From NCBI RefSeq assembly GCF_009834535.1, contig NC_045700.1, positions 29,264,001-29,328,000 of the forward strand: a stretch of 64,000 nt of DNA. The letters are read 5' to 3'. Origin of the DNA: Camelus ferus (taxonomy: Eukaryota). Under the pieces are notes generated by a model that searched no databases, was not told the DNA's origin, and saw only the letters and a list, made by a program, of their open reading frames with translations. Made by a program: the position numbers and the translations under genes. Below are positions 13,753 to 26,191 of this stretch, piece by piece. The stretch's first letter is position 1. Each line of letters starts with the position of its first letter.

Positions 13753-13943
13753 CAGGGTTTCTCAACCTTGGCATTGTTTTGGGCCAGATAATTCTTTTGT
13801 AGATGGGCGACCCTGGTCCTTGTAAAACATTTAGCAGCACTCCTGACCGCTAATCCCTAGACGCCAGTAGCATGCCTCCTCCCATTTGTGAGAACTAAGG
13901 ATATCTAGAGACTGCCAGAATCTCCCCCAGTTGAGAATCACTG
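13753..13943 (+). mobile_element. MER20 hAT-Charlie MITE within an L1 5'-region remnant
   Basis: cagggtttctcaaccttggca..ttgggccagataattctt..tttagcagca..ccagtagca..cccagttgagaatcactg. Confidence 0.9.
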
Positions 13944-14879
13944 AGGGTTCCCTTAATGATCAGACTTGAACCCCACCATTTATTCTGTTAGTGCCCCTAG
14001 CACTCTAGTGCCACGTACCTTGAAAGCTCTGCTCGGGTTCTCAACTTTCAGCCACCTCTTTAAGAATGGAATGAAACCTCTAGTGTGAAAGTACCCCAAA
14101 ATGTTGTCCCCACTCTGGATTCCCCTCTCCTCCTTGGTCTTGACACACTCTTATTTTATTTTCTATTGTAAAGTATTTCTAGCTTCTATTTCAGATTATT
14201 TTTCCGGGTTTAGTAGTCTATATTACTGTAAGTAGAACTCCCATCATATGGTATTTTTAATAGACTTTTTTCTCCCAAAAAAGTTAGTTAAAAATTAGAG
14301 GGATATTATAATTTCACTAATGTTATTTAATTTTTTCTTTCATCAGATCTAAGGGACACTGATGAATTGGTATATTTTTTCCATAGATTTTTAGTAGATT
14401 CCAGTTACACTAAACATTAAATTGCATTTATTACAGAACCTTTCTCTGTACATTAATCAGTTAATTCTAGTTCATTAACAAACTTAAAATTAAATAATTC
14501 AATTTCCATGGGAAAATAGAGAATGATTATATTTCCAAATTGGTTTTAAAAAGCCTATAGTATAATTGAATCCTGATATAATTTATGTTAATCATAATTT
14601 AGTACTAAAATAAAACATGCTGATCATTTGAGAATACTAGATTTTGAAATGGGCAAAAATGATTTAAGTAAAAATTACGAGGAAAAATTAAGCTTTGGTT
14701 ATTTCCTAGAATGGTGGTAATTGAGTTTGTTGAAGAGTTTTTAATTATGTGATTATTAGAGGGTTATGTGTTTCATATACCTGGTTTTTTAATTAACAAC
14801 CTATGTGACTGTAGTCTATTCATTTAGTCTTTCTGGGACTTTTGTGGAAGTGTTATCTTCCACAAAATAAATGTTAGCA

Positions 14880-15012
14880 AATATTTTTTGAACACCTATT
14901 TCATGCAAGATACTGCTCTACATATTTTATGTATGTTAATTGGAATAATCCTCATCATAACTCTGAGGTTGGTACTATTATTATACACACACTTTAGATG
15001 AGGAAATGGACT
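14880..15012 (-). mobile_element. MIR fragment
   Basis: aatcctcatcataactctgaggttggtactattattat..tttagatgaggaaatggac. Confidence 0.75.
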
Positions 15013-15944
15013 TCTATACCTATTATCAATACAAATGCAATGCTGACATTTGAAAAATATGACTAAATATTAGAATTGGAGTTTTAGAATGATTAATTCC
15101 ATGTAACTTATATAGTTACTGTTAAATAGCTTCACTTGTGTGTAACTCTGTAAAATCTCATCAAATATGTTAAAAAATAACATTGTAAAATACCTAGGTC
15201 AGTGATATTTTAGATCACTGTTGGCCTCAAATGTTCAGATGTGCCTGTATATCCAGGTTTAAAACTACTAACATTCTCTTGTTGCTTTTAAGGGAAGATT
15301 TAGCCAATCTATGTCAAAGAAGTTCTCACATTCTCTTAATCAGACTTGCTTTCCTCCGAACTAGAGACTTTACGTATAATTCCCTATGGTTTGTCATCTA
15401 CTGTTGACAACCTGCCATGGTCCTCTGCTTGAGCCAGCTCACTGCAAAAGAAGAAAAATTAACTACCCTAAAAAGGTTAATTCAGGCAATTTTCAAGAAG
15501 CAGATTGAGAAATTATAAAACCATATTTTAAAAAATTAATTTGTTCACTAAACAATTGTTATGACACAAATCATAAAAAAAAGTATGTGTTTCGAATGGT
15601 TTATATATATATATTCATGGTAGAAAACTAAAAAGATATCTGATGAAAAATAAGTCTACATCCTACTTCTGTCTCCAGATATTGAGTTTGTCTCCAGAGG
15701 TTCTATTACTGGAAATTAGGCAAGCATTTGAGAAGAACTATAGCAAACTAATTTTAAAGGAGTATCTTTCTTACAAGAATCATAGTATCTTACATATAGT
15801 ACAGTGTATTTTTTAAAGAGTTTCTTAACACTGTTATTCTTTTGTTCAACAATCACTTGCTAAATGCCTATTAGTTTCAAGGTAATGTTTAGGCCAGTAG
15901 TTTACAATGTGATAGACATTAGATTTAACAGGAAGCTTTTAAAA

Positions 15945-16073
15945 AAAATATCCTAGTCCCTACCCAAACCAAGTAAGTCAAAACCTAGGAGACGGGCTGC
16001 CCAGGCATCAGATTATTTTTCCTTTTTTAAAACTCCCCAGTGGATTCTAATATGCACTAGATTAAACACTGAC
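15945..16073. mobile_element. MER5A-like MITE fragment
   Basis: cccaggcatcag..aaaactccccagtggattctaatatgca. Confidence 0.65.
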
Positions 16074-16138
16074 CCCATACTGTGAGGTATACAAAGTTAG
16101 GTTTGGCACCAGCTCTTTTCTCCAAGTGGGTGAAATGC

Positions 16139-16557
16139 CCATAGTGTATTGTAAATGTTTAAAAACTGGCTATCTGAACAAAAAGCCCTAATTTGTAGCA
16201 TTTGCTGATTTTCATGGTATAAATACTTTCATCACAGCCAATTTCAAGCTAACAACATGACTCATTGAAGGCAGACCCAGGAAGAGATGTGAAAATGCAC
16301 ACCAATACACGGTATTTCTACTACACAAAGATAACGGACATAAGTACCTCAAAAGAACAGGTAATAATATAATGTGGTAATATAATTAAGGAGTATGAGT
16401 TTTGATTATTTGTTGCCCATATTTTAATGTAATTTGTTTAATTATAAGTTACATAACTTAATATTTAACAATGGCTCCATTTAACAGCTCACAAAATCTT
16501 GCAAAGTTTAAAAATTTGTTCTTGAGAGCCTATGCAAGCCAGCTCCAGTACATCACC
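16139..16557. mobile_element. MER63B-like hAT-Blackjack element
   Basis: gtaaatgtttaaaaactggct..aaagccctaatttgtagcatttgctgatt..tttcaagcta..ggaagagatg; end gagagcc..gccagctccagtacatcacc. Confidence 0.7.
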
Positions 16558-16599
16558 ACCTCTAGTGCATTAGGATATGCGAACTACAACAGAATACAG

Positions 16600-16790
16600 G
16601 AAACAAATAAGCACTATGGAAGCTTATTATCTTCTCTTCTCCTGACAGCCACTCAGTGAAGGTGGTAGAGGGCATATTACCCCCTTTTGACTGATGAGGA
16701 TATCAAGCTGCACAGAGATTTCAATTTGTCCCCTCCTGAGTAAGCCACAGAGCTGAACCGGAACACCATCATCTGTCTCCCAGTCACCGT
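16600..16790 (-). mobile_element. MIR, degenerate
   Basis: attacccccttttgactgatgagga..cacagag..gtaagccacagagctgaacc. Confidence 0.6.
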
Positions 16791-16989
16791 CTCACCAACA
16801 CACCTGTTTAGAATCATCTTAGAAACAAGGAACACGCATTGGGGGACCTTTTTCAGAGGAAGATTTTAATTATTGATGCATCCTTCATTTAAAACTTGTC
16901 CAAGCTATGCCCTACTGATCCTTGAAGTGATTTCCTTTTAAAGATGAAGTTCAGATAAGATTTCACACAGAAGCTCTCTGCACCATCAA

Positions 16990-17092
16990 CTAATACATAT
17001 TCACAAAGCACTTCCTTTGTCCTCTGCTAGAGACGTGAGGATGGCAAAAGGAGTGTAAGTTTTGGTCCCTACACTCAAGGAGCTTTCAATCT
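16990..17092 (-). mobile_element. L2 3' fragment
   Basis: ggtccctacactcaaggagctttcaatct. Confidence 0.65.
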
Positions 17093-17168
17093 TATGTATC
17101 AGATCACTACATTGTATGCCTGAAACTAATATAACATTGTAAATCAATTATACTTCAATTTAAAAAAA
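17093..17168 (+). mobile_element. Extreme 3' tail of an L1 (L1MA9-like), about 75 bp
   Basis: tcactacattgtatgcctgaaactaatataacattgtaaatcaattatacttcaatttaaaaaaaa; possible aatct direct repeat flanking. Confidence 0.8.
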
Positions 17169-18028
17169 ATCCCCCCCAAATCTAACGGAACTTCGTTCTT
17201 GTGCTCTGTGAACATGACTCAGCTCACCTCCTCGCATCTGCTGTCGTGTGTGTGTCTCATTCAGCTACTCTGAACCTCTTTATTCCAGGCTCTGAATGCC
17301 CAGTTCTGTTCCATTTCTGAGAAGACTTTGGATTGGCAGCTGAAAACCAAAAGCTTTGGTCGCTGGCGCTACTCAGATTGCCTGCCCTTCCCTTGGTCAA
17401 GTTCTGACAGCAGATTCTGTTCCCTCACGGGTCTTAGTAGCTGAGCTCGTGGCAGAGTTTTTTCCTTACCTAGGCAGACAGGCAGGAATGATTGGCATTC
17501 CTAGTACAGATGGAACAATTACAGAAATGCAAAAAGAAAGGTGAAAGATATCTGCTGTTCCAAGTTCAGCCAGTGGTTGTATTAGATCAGAACACGTGAG
17601 TCCATTCAGAGCGACAGATGATTTGCCCGACATCACATGGTAGGTTAACATTAAACTCCAAAACTCCAGTATATGCAAAAGCGCCAAATCATTTTTATTG
17701 TTTTAGTAATGAAGTTGCTTCTAAAAAATGTCTTTATATTAATATACTGCCTTCCTAAAGATTCCCAAAATTACCCTTTCTGTTTTATGAGTTTTATATA
17801 TTTTTGCTTTCTTGCTCAGTGGTTATATTTTTTGTGTGTTTTAAAGTGTGAGTTCAAAGGTTGAGAACATGGTTTGGCTCAATTTCATGTATTGTTCACT
17901 GTGGTTCCACATCACAACCAAAACCAAAGGATGATTCTTTTCTGTCTGTCTGTCTTTTTTTTTTAAAACCGTATCTGAAGATGCAAACAGCTTTTATAAC
18001 TTTTTCCAAAAAGACTTTCCCTAAAGGA

Positions 18029-18313
18029 NNNNNNNNNNNNNNNNNNNNNNNNNNNNNNNNNNNNNNNNNNNNNNNNNNNNNNNNNNNNNNNNNNNNNNNN
18101 NNNNNNNNNNNNNNNNNNNNNNNNNNNNNNNNNNNNNNNNNNNNNNNNNNNNNNNNNNNNNNNNNNNNNNNNNNNNNNNNNNNNNNNNNNNNNNNNNNNN
18201 NNNNNNNNNNNNNNNNNNNNNNNNNNNNNNNNNNNNNNNNNNNNNNNNNNNNNNNNNNNNNNNNNNNNNNNNNNNNNNNNNNNNNNNNNNNNNNNNNNNN
18301 NNNNNNNNNNNNN
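18029..18313. other. Assembly gap (285 N)
   Basis: N run; flanks are not an obvious repeat. Confidence 0.95.
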
Positions 18314-18614
18314 CTGGAAAAAGGTGATGCCTGATGTTGGCATTCATTGTATGTTATGTGAGTGACAGGCAGGCAATCTCTTTAATTTAGAAATCTATAA
18401 TGCAACTTCAAAATTAACTAATATCACAGTGCAATGAGCAACTGATCTATGTGTATTAAACTGATATTTTGATGTGTGTGTTATTTCACAGGAGAAGCAT
18501 TGTTGCAAAGAGAGTTAACATCAAGTCAAAGTAGCTTTGACTAGTCATCCTTAGTAGCTAGAAAAAGAAGACTGTGGAAGATAAGGGACAGTTGTTTTTT
18601 TTGGAGATTATTAA

Positions 18615-18725
18615 TTTATTTAACAAGCATACTGGGCTCCTAATATGTTGAAGACCCTGGCCTGGTGAATTAAACACAGGAGCTGCTTCTCAGGAGCTCA
18701 CAATGGGGTGATAGACAGGAACATT
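18615..18725 (-). mobile_element. L2 3' fragment
   Basis: tttatttaacaagcatactgggctcct..cttctcaggagctcacaat..gatagaca. Confidence 0.6.
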
Positions 18726-18851
18726 AATTTTATTACAATTTATTCAGTGCAATAGCAGTTTATCATTAGCACGTGAGAAGAATGCTGTCATTCTGAAGAC
18801 CACAACTGATTCCAAAAAGTGGAGGGAGAATCAGAGCTGTAGGGGAAATTA

Positions 18852-19045
18852 TAATTTATTGAGTGTCTATTATATGCTAGATCCTTTGTTCATGTTACCC
18901 ATCAGAATCCCTGTAACAATTCTTAAGTAAATATTTAATTTCGTAAGTGAGAAAACAGAAGTTCACTCTGTTGCCCAAGGTCAGTCGACTAGTAAGTAAG
19001 TAGCACAACCAGGATTTGAAATCAAGCTCTGTTTGTGTCTCAAAC
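18852..19045 (-). mobile_element. MIR
   Basis: tttattgagtgtctattatatgctag..gtgagaaaacag..tgcccaaggtca..ctagtaagt..ccaggatttgaaatcaag. Confidence 0.8.
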
Positions 19046-21697
19046 CCACAACATTCTGGGCAAACACTCAGGATAAATGGAAATGAGTCAACAGCAAATT
19101 ATGCACCATTTGTGCTCTGCATGCGTGCGTGCGTGCGTGTGGTTTGTGTGTGTCTGTCCATTCTTGTTTGTTTGTTGCCTGGTTTGGGAAGGGTAATACA
19201 TGGGTCACATTGTCTTGAAATCAGTATTAAACAATGGCTTCTGTCTCGTGGTTTTATAAATTTTCCTGTATTTTTTTTGCAAGTTCATCTTCATGAACAG
19301 ACGTGTAATGACTTTACCATTTGTCACAGCGTACATCCTTTGCGTTAAGTAGGCGTTTCAAAGTTCCCTCCTAAAATATAGAGCCCAGAGATGGTTATAA
19401 CTTGAAATTTTGCTAACACTTACACGTCCCAGCTTGGGGTTAAGGACATTTTTTTCCAGGATGTGTTAAGAGATGTGCCAAGAAGAAAGTCTAGCCAGGC
19501 TCAAATAGGCTTGTTTAACTATTAAACAAAATTAGAGAGGTTTCTTTCTTATTGCAGGACCTTTCAGAGCCTTTAATGTGCTAATAGGTATTGTGACTTT
19601 CCAAGGGTAGAATTTGGTATCCAGCATTTCCCAAGTTTTCTTGACCATGAGGTTCTTTGTTCTTTGATCACCAATTAACACTCACAAGAACTAGTGTGTG
19701 CGGAACAGAGTGAACCCCTGCTCTGTGAAAAATTAGCAGCCAACTAACAGCATAGAGAAGGCAGAGAAGAGAAACAAAGATGAAAGGACATTGATACAGG
19801 AAATAGGAAAGCTCAATGATCAATTTACCTTTTTTACAACTTTGCTAGAACCTGATGTGAGTATTCAAATGCTGGAAAAATTTTAATGAACTGTATGATC
19901 ACTTCTGACATAAATATAAGTGCTATTCATCTAAATTGCCTAAACCAAACACCGATCATTACTATAAATATTAGTTGAGTTTCTCTGAGTTCTACTTCTC
20001 TCCTGAATAACATGTGAATGAGCTATTCATTTTGAGATTATATAAAGGTTATCAAATGATTAATAGGGCAAATGGAACATGGGGCATTGAAATAAACTAT
20101 GTAAACTTACTGAGAATTAACTAAGACCTACAAAAGTACAAATTATTTGCAGCGCTATTAGCTATATTGTTCTAGGTCAACCCTGCACTTGCAGAATCAT
20201 CTTTCAGAAGCACATTTTTAAACCTACCAGCCCAAGAATAAAATTTCTGATGTATAGTCAGAGTCAACTGTCAATCATTCCCCACCAGCGTAATAGCTCC
20301 TTGGTCCTGTCCAAGGTCCTCCACTTTTCATCTCTGCTCTACAGCATTCTGTCTCTGTCCCCATGTTCATCCCACTGGTTGCTTCCTGCTATCATTGCTA
20401 GGAAACCAGTTAACATCAGATACTAAAACTCTCCATCTGCAAGGGCAAAACATTAAATTACAGGTTATCTCTGCCACTCCAAGTCCATTTGCTATATTAT
20501 AATTGTTGCTATAGTGCTTCCTGTTCTTGTCCTGTTACTGCATTAATGCAAGTATCACAGTAACCGTGGGAGCCTTGAATTCTCCTTGAAGCTGCTGGAA
20601 TCCTTCCAAGCACGCACTATAACGGTATCATTGCCTGGAAATGCCTTTGGCTCACAGGGAAAGAAGGCTGCTTGGAAGACTGTCTGAGAATTGTCATATT
20701 TAAGAAGGAACCAAGTTCACTTGCCACCACTTCATAATTTTTTTCTGTTTAAACATTTTCCAGACTTCCTCAGATCACTTAGTTCTACCCACTTTAAAGA
20801 CCTGTTTCCTCCTATTTAACCTGTCATTTTTGCAGCAAGTAGATCCCAAAATAACAGATGATAAAAACGATAACTGACATCAATTGCAGTGAGGCCACCT
20901 GTTCAGCCCAATGACAATCTCAATTGACTTCCACGTACAGGGTGGTGACCAGCAAATAGATGGTGATGATGTCTGGTCATTTGGCCTTCTGATGAAACAG
21001 ACCTGGGATGTGACCAGGATGAAAAGTTTGGTAGGACAGAGAAGGAGTTAATCAAGTTTTCCTTCAAGGTTGTTCATTTTCTTCCCAGATAATGAGCAGA
21101 TTTGAATAAGGATTATTTTACAGGTTGAGCAATCACAGATTGTGAGTTGAATAGGTGAAAATTATTTAGGGAAAGAGGATAAGAAAAGCGTACCCTGGCT
21201 GATAGATGTTTCAATTTTCCCGAGAAAAGACACGCACTTACCAGATCATAATCATTTTGGTAAATTACATTTCAATGCTGAGTCATCTGCACAGCAGTGA
21301 GGTGGTACGTGCATCTTTGAAAGATAAATTGTACGGCTGAGTTATCCAAATCTCTGTATTAGAAATGGCTTGAGGGGAACTATGAACAGAACTTAAGGCA
21401 TACAGGAAAACTTCTAGCTTTGGGGCTTATCTTTTAAAGAGGAAAATGAGTCCAAAGCTCTTCGAAAAAATCTCCAGGAAATATTTGCGCTAGAAGTCAC
21501 ATTGCTGTAAATGATTGCCTTGTTTTAGTCTTTCCCGAAATTGCACATGTGACCATCAGCTGGATAAAAAGGATGCAAAATTCAAGGTGGCATCTCAATT
21601 GAATAAAATTACAACTATTTTGTGGCTAAAATGTAATCATCCTCTTTATCAGTGGTTCTACCTCCCAGTTACATGAGAAGCAGTGTGATAGCCTAGG

Positions 21698-21872
21698 AAT
21701 GTGGTTCTCAAAGTATGGTTCCCAGACCAGCAGCATCAGGGAACTTGTTAGGAAAGCAGATACTGGAACTCCATCCAGACCAACTGAATAAGAAACTGTG
21801 GTTGGAGGGTGGGAGGCAGAAATCTGCTAGAACTCCATGTGGTTCTAATCCATGCTATAGTGAGAGGACTGT
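21698..21872. mobile_element. MER5A MITE
   Basis: gtggttctcaaagtatggttcccagaccagcagcatcagggaacttgttag..ccagaccaactgaataagaaact. Confidence 0.85.
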
Positions 21873-22069
21873 CCTATGCAGAAGATCTTTGGAATCAGGA
21901 AACTGCAATTCACCAAATCAGCTGGATGAGCATGAGTAAATCCTCCCACTTCCTGAAGTTGGTTTCTTATCAGCAAATTGAAGAGTGTGGGTTACATAAT
22001 TTCTGAATGTGTAACTCTGCATTACTCACACATTAAAACTAAAATTCTACCATAATGGTTCAGGGTTGA

Positions 22070-22295
22070 AAGTTTACATTCTGAAGACAGAGAGCCGTGA
22101 TTTCAAATCCCTACTCCAGCCTCAGAGCTGTATCTCCCTTCTTAGGTTTAGCCTCTCAGAGCCTCAGTTTCCTCAAACTGCAGATAATAATAGTGCTCAA
22201 GTCATAGATTTTTGAGAGTTAAATGAGATCATGCGTGTAGCGTACTTAGCATGGTAGTTGGCATATAAGGGCTTAGCAAAGAATGATTATTGTTA
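22070..22295 (+). mobile_element. MIR
   Basis: gcctcagtttcctca..ataataatagt..ttaaatgagatcatgcgtgtagcgtacttagcatggtagttggcatata. Confidence 0.85.
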
Positions 22296-22619
22296 TTTGG
22301 AAGTAGAGCTCTGAAAAAAGATGCCCAATTTTCAAAATCATAGAATTAGACAAAGGACTTCCATTTGAAGCCTTCTAAATGAAGACTAGACATTTCAGGA
22401 CAAATGGGCATTTTTAGCTTTAGTTGCTTGTGGCTGATTCATGCTATTAAAAAAGTCATTGGTGTGCAAGCCTTCCATTCTTCCCTGGGGGGGAACGTCT
22501 GCACGTTTCTCACATTATTTGGTTAAACTGCAATTATTTTAGAATATGGAGAGAGAGGCAGTGAAATTTGGGTGCAACAATGAGATGTTAATATAATGAT
22601 GGTGATTTTTTTTTTCCTA

Positions 22620-23650
22620 ACAGCTTTATTTTCATTTGGTCCAGAAAAGAAAACACAATCGTTTGTGCTGTATTTGCAAACAGTCAACAAGGAAATCATG
22701 CATTAATTGTTCAGATGAAAGCATGATGCTGCTCATATTTATCTGTGTTTATCGCGGCACCAGACGGTCTGATTGGGAATGTGCTTCGAAGGAGAGCCCA
22801 GGAAACAGGCGCTAATAGATGGCTCTGTGGTGTGAGGAGTTCAGTATCAGACGAACTTTGTTGACCCTATTCCTGCACACAATGAGTCTGTGTGGAGGGC
22901 TGTGTGCAGCAGCGCCTCGGCCTCTGTTTTAGTTCTTAATTTCTTTCACAGCATCAAAAGCCTTTTCTACTCAAAAGCTTTTCTTCTCCTCTTACTCCTG
23001 AGCCTCTGCAATCGAGGCAGAACTGCAATCTACCAGCAGCAGCCTTTGTTCCGGCCTTTCAGGAGGCTGGGGAACAGTGTGAGTCCTTCATAATTAGCCC
23101 GCGGGCCAATGAAATCCTTCGCCAAGCCGGGAGAGGCTGCAATCCCACAGCCCAAGTGGCAGAAAAGGGGGAAAAGGCCTCTTTAATTAAGGCCCAACAA
23201 AACTGGGTAAAAAAAATAGTATTTTGCTCTCTACAAATGTCCTTTCTAAATGCCTGTAAATGCTGGCACATGCACACGCTTTTAAATTGCGCCTTCATTT
23301 GTGCCGATGTACTGGCGCGCTGCTTTGGCTAAAGACTGCAGGAATTACTGGCCCAGGAGAGCTTGGACCCAGCAGCCTTAGGCCGCATGGGTGTTTGCAT
23401 TTCACAAGCGGCCAGGCTGTGCTAGAGGCTGTGAGCCGAGCATCAGGGGATGGTCTCCACTTGTAAAAGTGGTGCGGACAGCCACAGCTCACCGGCCAGG
23501 CACTTTGGACGTTCACAAGTGTCATTACCCTGCTGGTGCCAAATATGTATTTATTTACTAGCCTCTTCGGTTGCCCGCCTCTCTTTTATGTCTTTCAACT
23601 TTAATACATTTATTTTTTTCTTTGGCGACCCCTTTGTGACTCAGTATGTT
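22620..23650. promoter_or_regulatory. Putative conserved non-coding element / developmental enhancer
   Basis: About 1 kb with no recognisable TE and more than 20 CpGs in an otherwise CpG-depleted window; TAATTA (23091), TTAATTAA (23183), ATGCATTAAT (22698), CCAAT (23106), two CTTTGTT SOX-type sites. Confidence 0.45.
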
Positions 23651-23855
23651 GAGGTTTAGAAGCCGGTTTTGAATGCACCGCTCCCCAGGATCGTTCTGGG
23701 CCACCTCTTTATGTCCTAACTTCACCTCAGCATATGTATGAGAATGATTAGGTTTTGCTCCTTTATTTTCAAACTAAAAAGATTTACCCCCAATTTTAAA
23801 AACTATAAATGTTCATTGTAAAAAAAGAAATTAATGCAGATAATCACAAGAAATG

Positions 23856-24645
23856 TTTTTTTTTAATTGAAGTATGGTTGATTTACAATATTATATTAGT
23901 TTCAGGTGTAGAGCTTAGTGAGCCAGTGTGTTTATGGATTATACTCCATTAAAAGTTACTACAAAATAATGACTAGAATTCCCTGTGCTGTACAGTATAT
24001 CCTTGTTGCTTATCTTTTTTATACATTGTAGTTTGTGTCTCTCAATCCCCTACTGTACCTTACCTTCCCCCTTCCCTCTTCCCACTGGTAACCACACGTT
24101 TGTTTTCTGTTATCTGTGAGTCTGTTTCTGTTTTGCTATATGCATTCATGTATTTTATTACTTATTTATTATTTAATTTCCACATATAAGTGCTATCATA
24201 TACTATTTGTCTTTCTCTGTCTGATTTATTTCACTAAGCATAATATAGGCNNNNNNNNNNNNNNNNNNNNNNNNNNNNNNNNNNNNNNNNNNNNNNNNNN
24301 NNNNNNNNNNNNNNNNNNNNNNNNNNNNNNNNNNNNNNNNNNNNNNNNNNNNNNNNNNNNNNNNNNNNNNNNNNNNNNNNNNNNNNNNNNNNNNNNNNNN
24401 NNNNNNNNNNNNNNNNNNNNCTTCTTTTTAAATGAATGTTTTTGTTTTTCTCCAGATATANNNNNNNNNNNNNNNNNNNNNNNNNNNNNNNNNNNNNNNN
24501 NNNNNNNNNNNNNNNNNNNNNNNNNNNNNNNNNNNNNNNNNNNNNNNNNNNNNNNNNNNNNNNNNNNNNNNNNNNNNNNNNNNNNNNNNNNNNNNNNNNN
24601 NNNNNNNNNNNNNNNNNNNNNNNNNNNNNNNNNNCATATGATCAT
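23856..24645 (-). mobile_element. L1MA9-like / laurasiatherian L1 3' end with two N gaps (24251-24420, 24461-24634)
   Basis: ttttttttaattgaagtatggttgatttacaatattatattagtttcaggtgta..ccctgtgctgtacagtatatccttgttg..cccactggtaaccac. Confidence 0.9.
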
Positions 24646-24739
24646 CTTGTGAATGAAGGTGTGACAATTAAATGCAATGTAAGCTAGGAGAGATGTTTCT
24701 CTAAGAGGTGAAGCTGATTTAGGCAAATTCATGGTTCTT

Positions 24740-25110
24740 GGTGATTCAAGGAGCAGCAGTACTGTGTAAGGAGACAAGAGTTTTAGAAGTGTGGAGTGGA
24801 GTTTGAAGTGAAGTTTGGACATCCACAGAAAGATATCAAGCAAGCAGAGGTAAATGTGGTTGAGAGCTTGGGAGTGATGCTCCCAAGTGAAGGTGTACAA
24901 CATGGGACCCTTGCATCTGAGGTAGTGCCTCGAGCTGCCAACATGGGTGAGGAAGCACCAAGAAAACCTCACTGGTGCTCACCTATATCTAGGGGTGAAA
25001 AAGAGGAAGAGCATTTGAGAAACGGTCTTGGGGGCAGTGCTCAAAGGAGGAAAACCTAGATTCTGTGGTGCAATGGGAAGACATGAGGAGAATGTTAAAA
25101 GAAGGTGAGG
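24740..25110 (-). mobile_element. L2 internal fragment
   Basis: gagtttgaagtgaagtttggacatcca..gtaaatgtggttgagagcttgggag..gaaaaagaggaagagca..ggaggaaaacctagattctgtgg. Confidence 0.7.
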
Positions 25111-25149
25111 GAGACTATGTGAAAATAGGCTGCCCACTGTGGGCCTGGC

Positions 25150-25335
25150 GAGGTACTAGGTGTAATCATACAGTGACATACTCTCACTTGCATGAGCTTA
25201 TTTAATTCTCCCCATTACCCTATGAAGCCCACTAGGGGAAAACGTGGCTGGGAAAATCTCCATAATTCATTCACGATCATGCACCTCATAAGTGGTGGAG
25301 CTGTCCAGTTGAGATCTGTCTGGCTCCAAGGCCCA
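25150..25335 (-). mobile_element. MIR, degenerate
   Basis: cttatttaattctccccattaccctatgaag..ataagtggtggagct..gatctgtctggctccaaggcccatgct. Confidence 0.7.
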
Positions 25336-25731
25336 TGCTAACAGTGTTAAGTTCATGTGCAGAAATTCATAGAAAATAAGTGAAAGGGAGAAAGGAAAAG
25401 TCAACTTTTAAACCACTGATACCTTTGAATGATAGTTGTCTCAGTTGGAAGAAAGTGAGGTTTAAGGGAAAAAAGTAGTAAGAAGATAGATCCAATCATT
25501 ATAGTTTACTTATTCTTATAAGATAACAATGCAAGGAAAGCTGTGTGTCATTATCAACAAGAACAATTGACTGTCTTTTAATTATCTCAAAGCAATTCAG
25601 AAAAGTCTTGAAAGTAAAATGTCCTTTGGGGGAGGGGATGATTTCTTGAGGTTCAATTCAATAATCAATTTAATCTTTATGTAATTCCAAAGAGCATTAT
25701 CCTTTTAGCATTAATTTTTCTGTCTTAATAT

Positions 25732-26088
25732 TATTAAAAGACAGACTGAGGCACATTAAAACTTATGAGTTTACTTGATCTAACATAGATTGGAATTGTG
25801 CAGCACCAAACCAGAAGTGGTAAGGGGCACTCTCCTGGGAGGACCAAGGGAGCAGACGCAGAAGCAAAGTATGGAAATGATTTGATTGGCTGTAACCGAA
25901 GCACTTGCCTTATTTGGGAAAGCCTAGTTGTCTGTGATTGGTTGTTCTTAAGTTTCGACTTCTTAACCTTGAGGCATTTGTAGGAATTGACTTCAACCTG
26001 GATTTCTCTGCCTTACTGGGCTGCCAAGGCACTAGAACCACCTCAGTCTAATGGTTTCCTTGCTTAATTGCTTTACCAATATTTAACA
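25732..26088 (-). mobile_element. ERV1-class solo LTR
   Basis: Ends ..tttaaca; two ATTGG (minus-strand CCAAT) boxes; gactgaggcacattaaaa..gcagcaccaaaccagaagtggt and ccacctcagtctaatgg..ttgcttaatt match LTR architecture. Confidence 0.7.
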
Positions 26089-26191
26089 GTTCTTCCCTTC
26101 CTGAACTTCCCTTCCCCTTTTATAGTACAATGAACAACTCACTTTCATTCCTCTAACCTTCATGTTGTTATCAACTCAAATATTATCTGTT

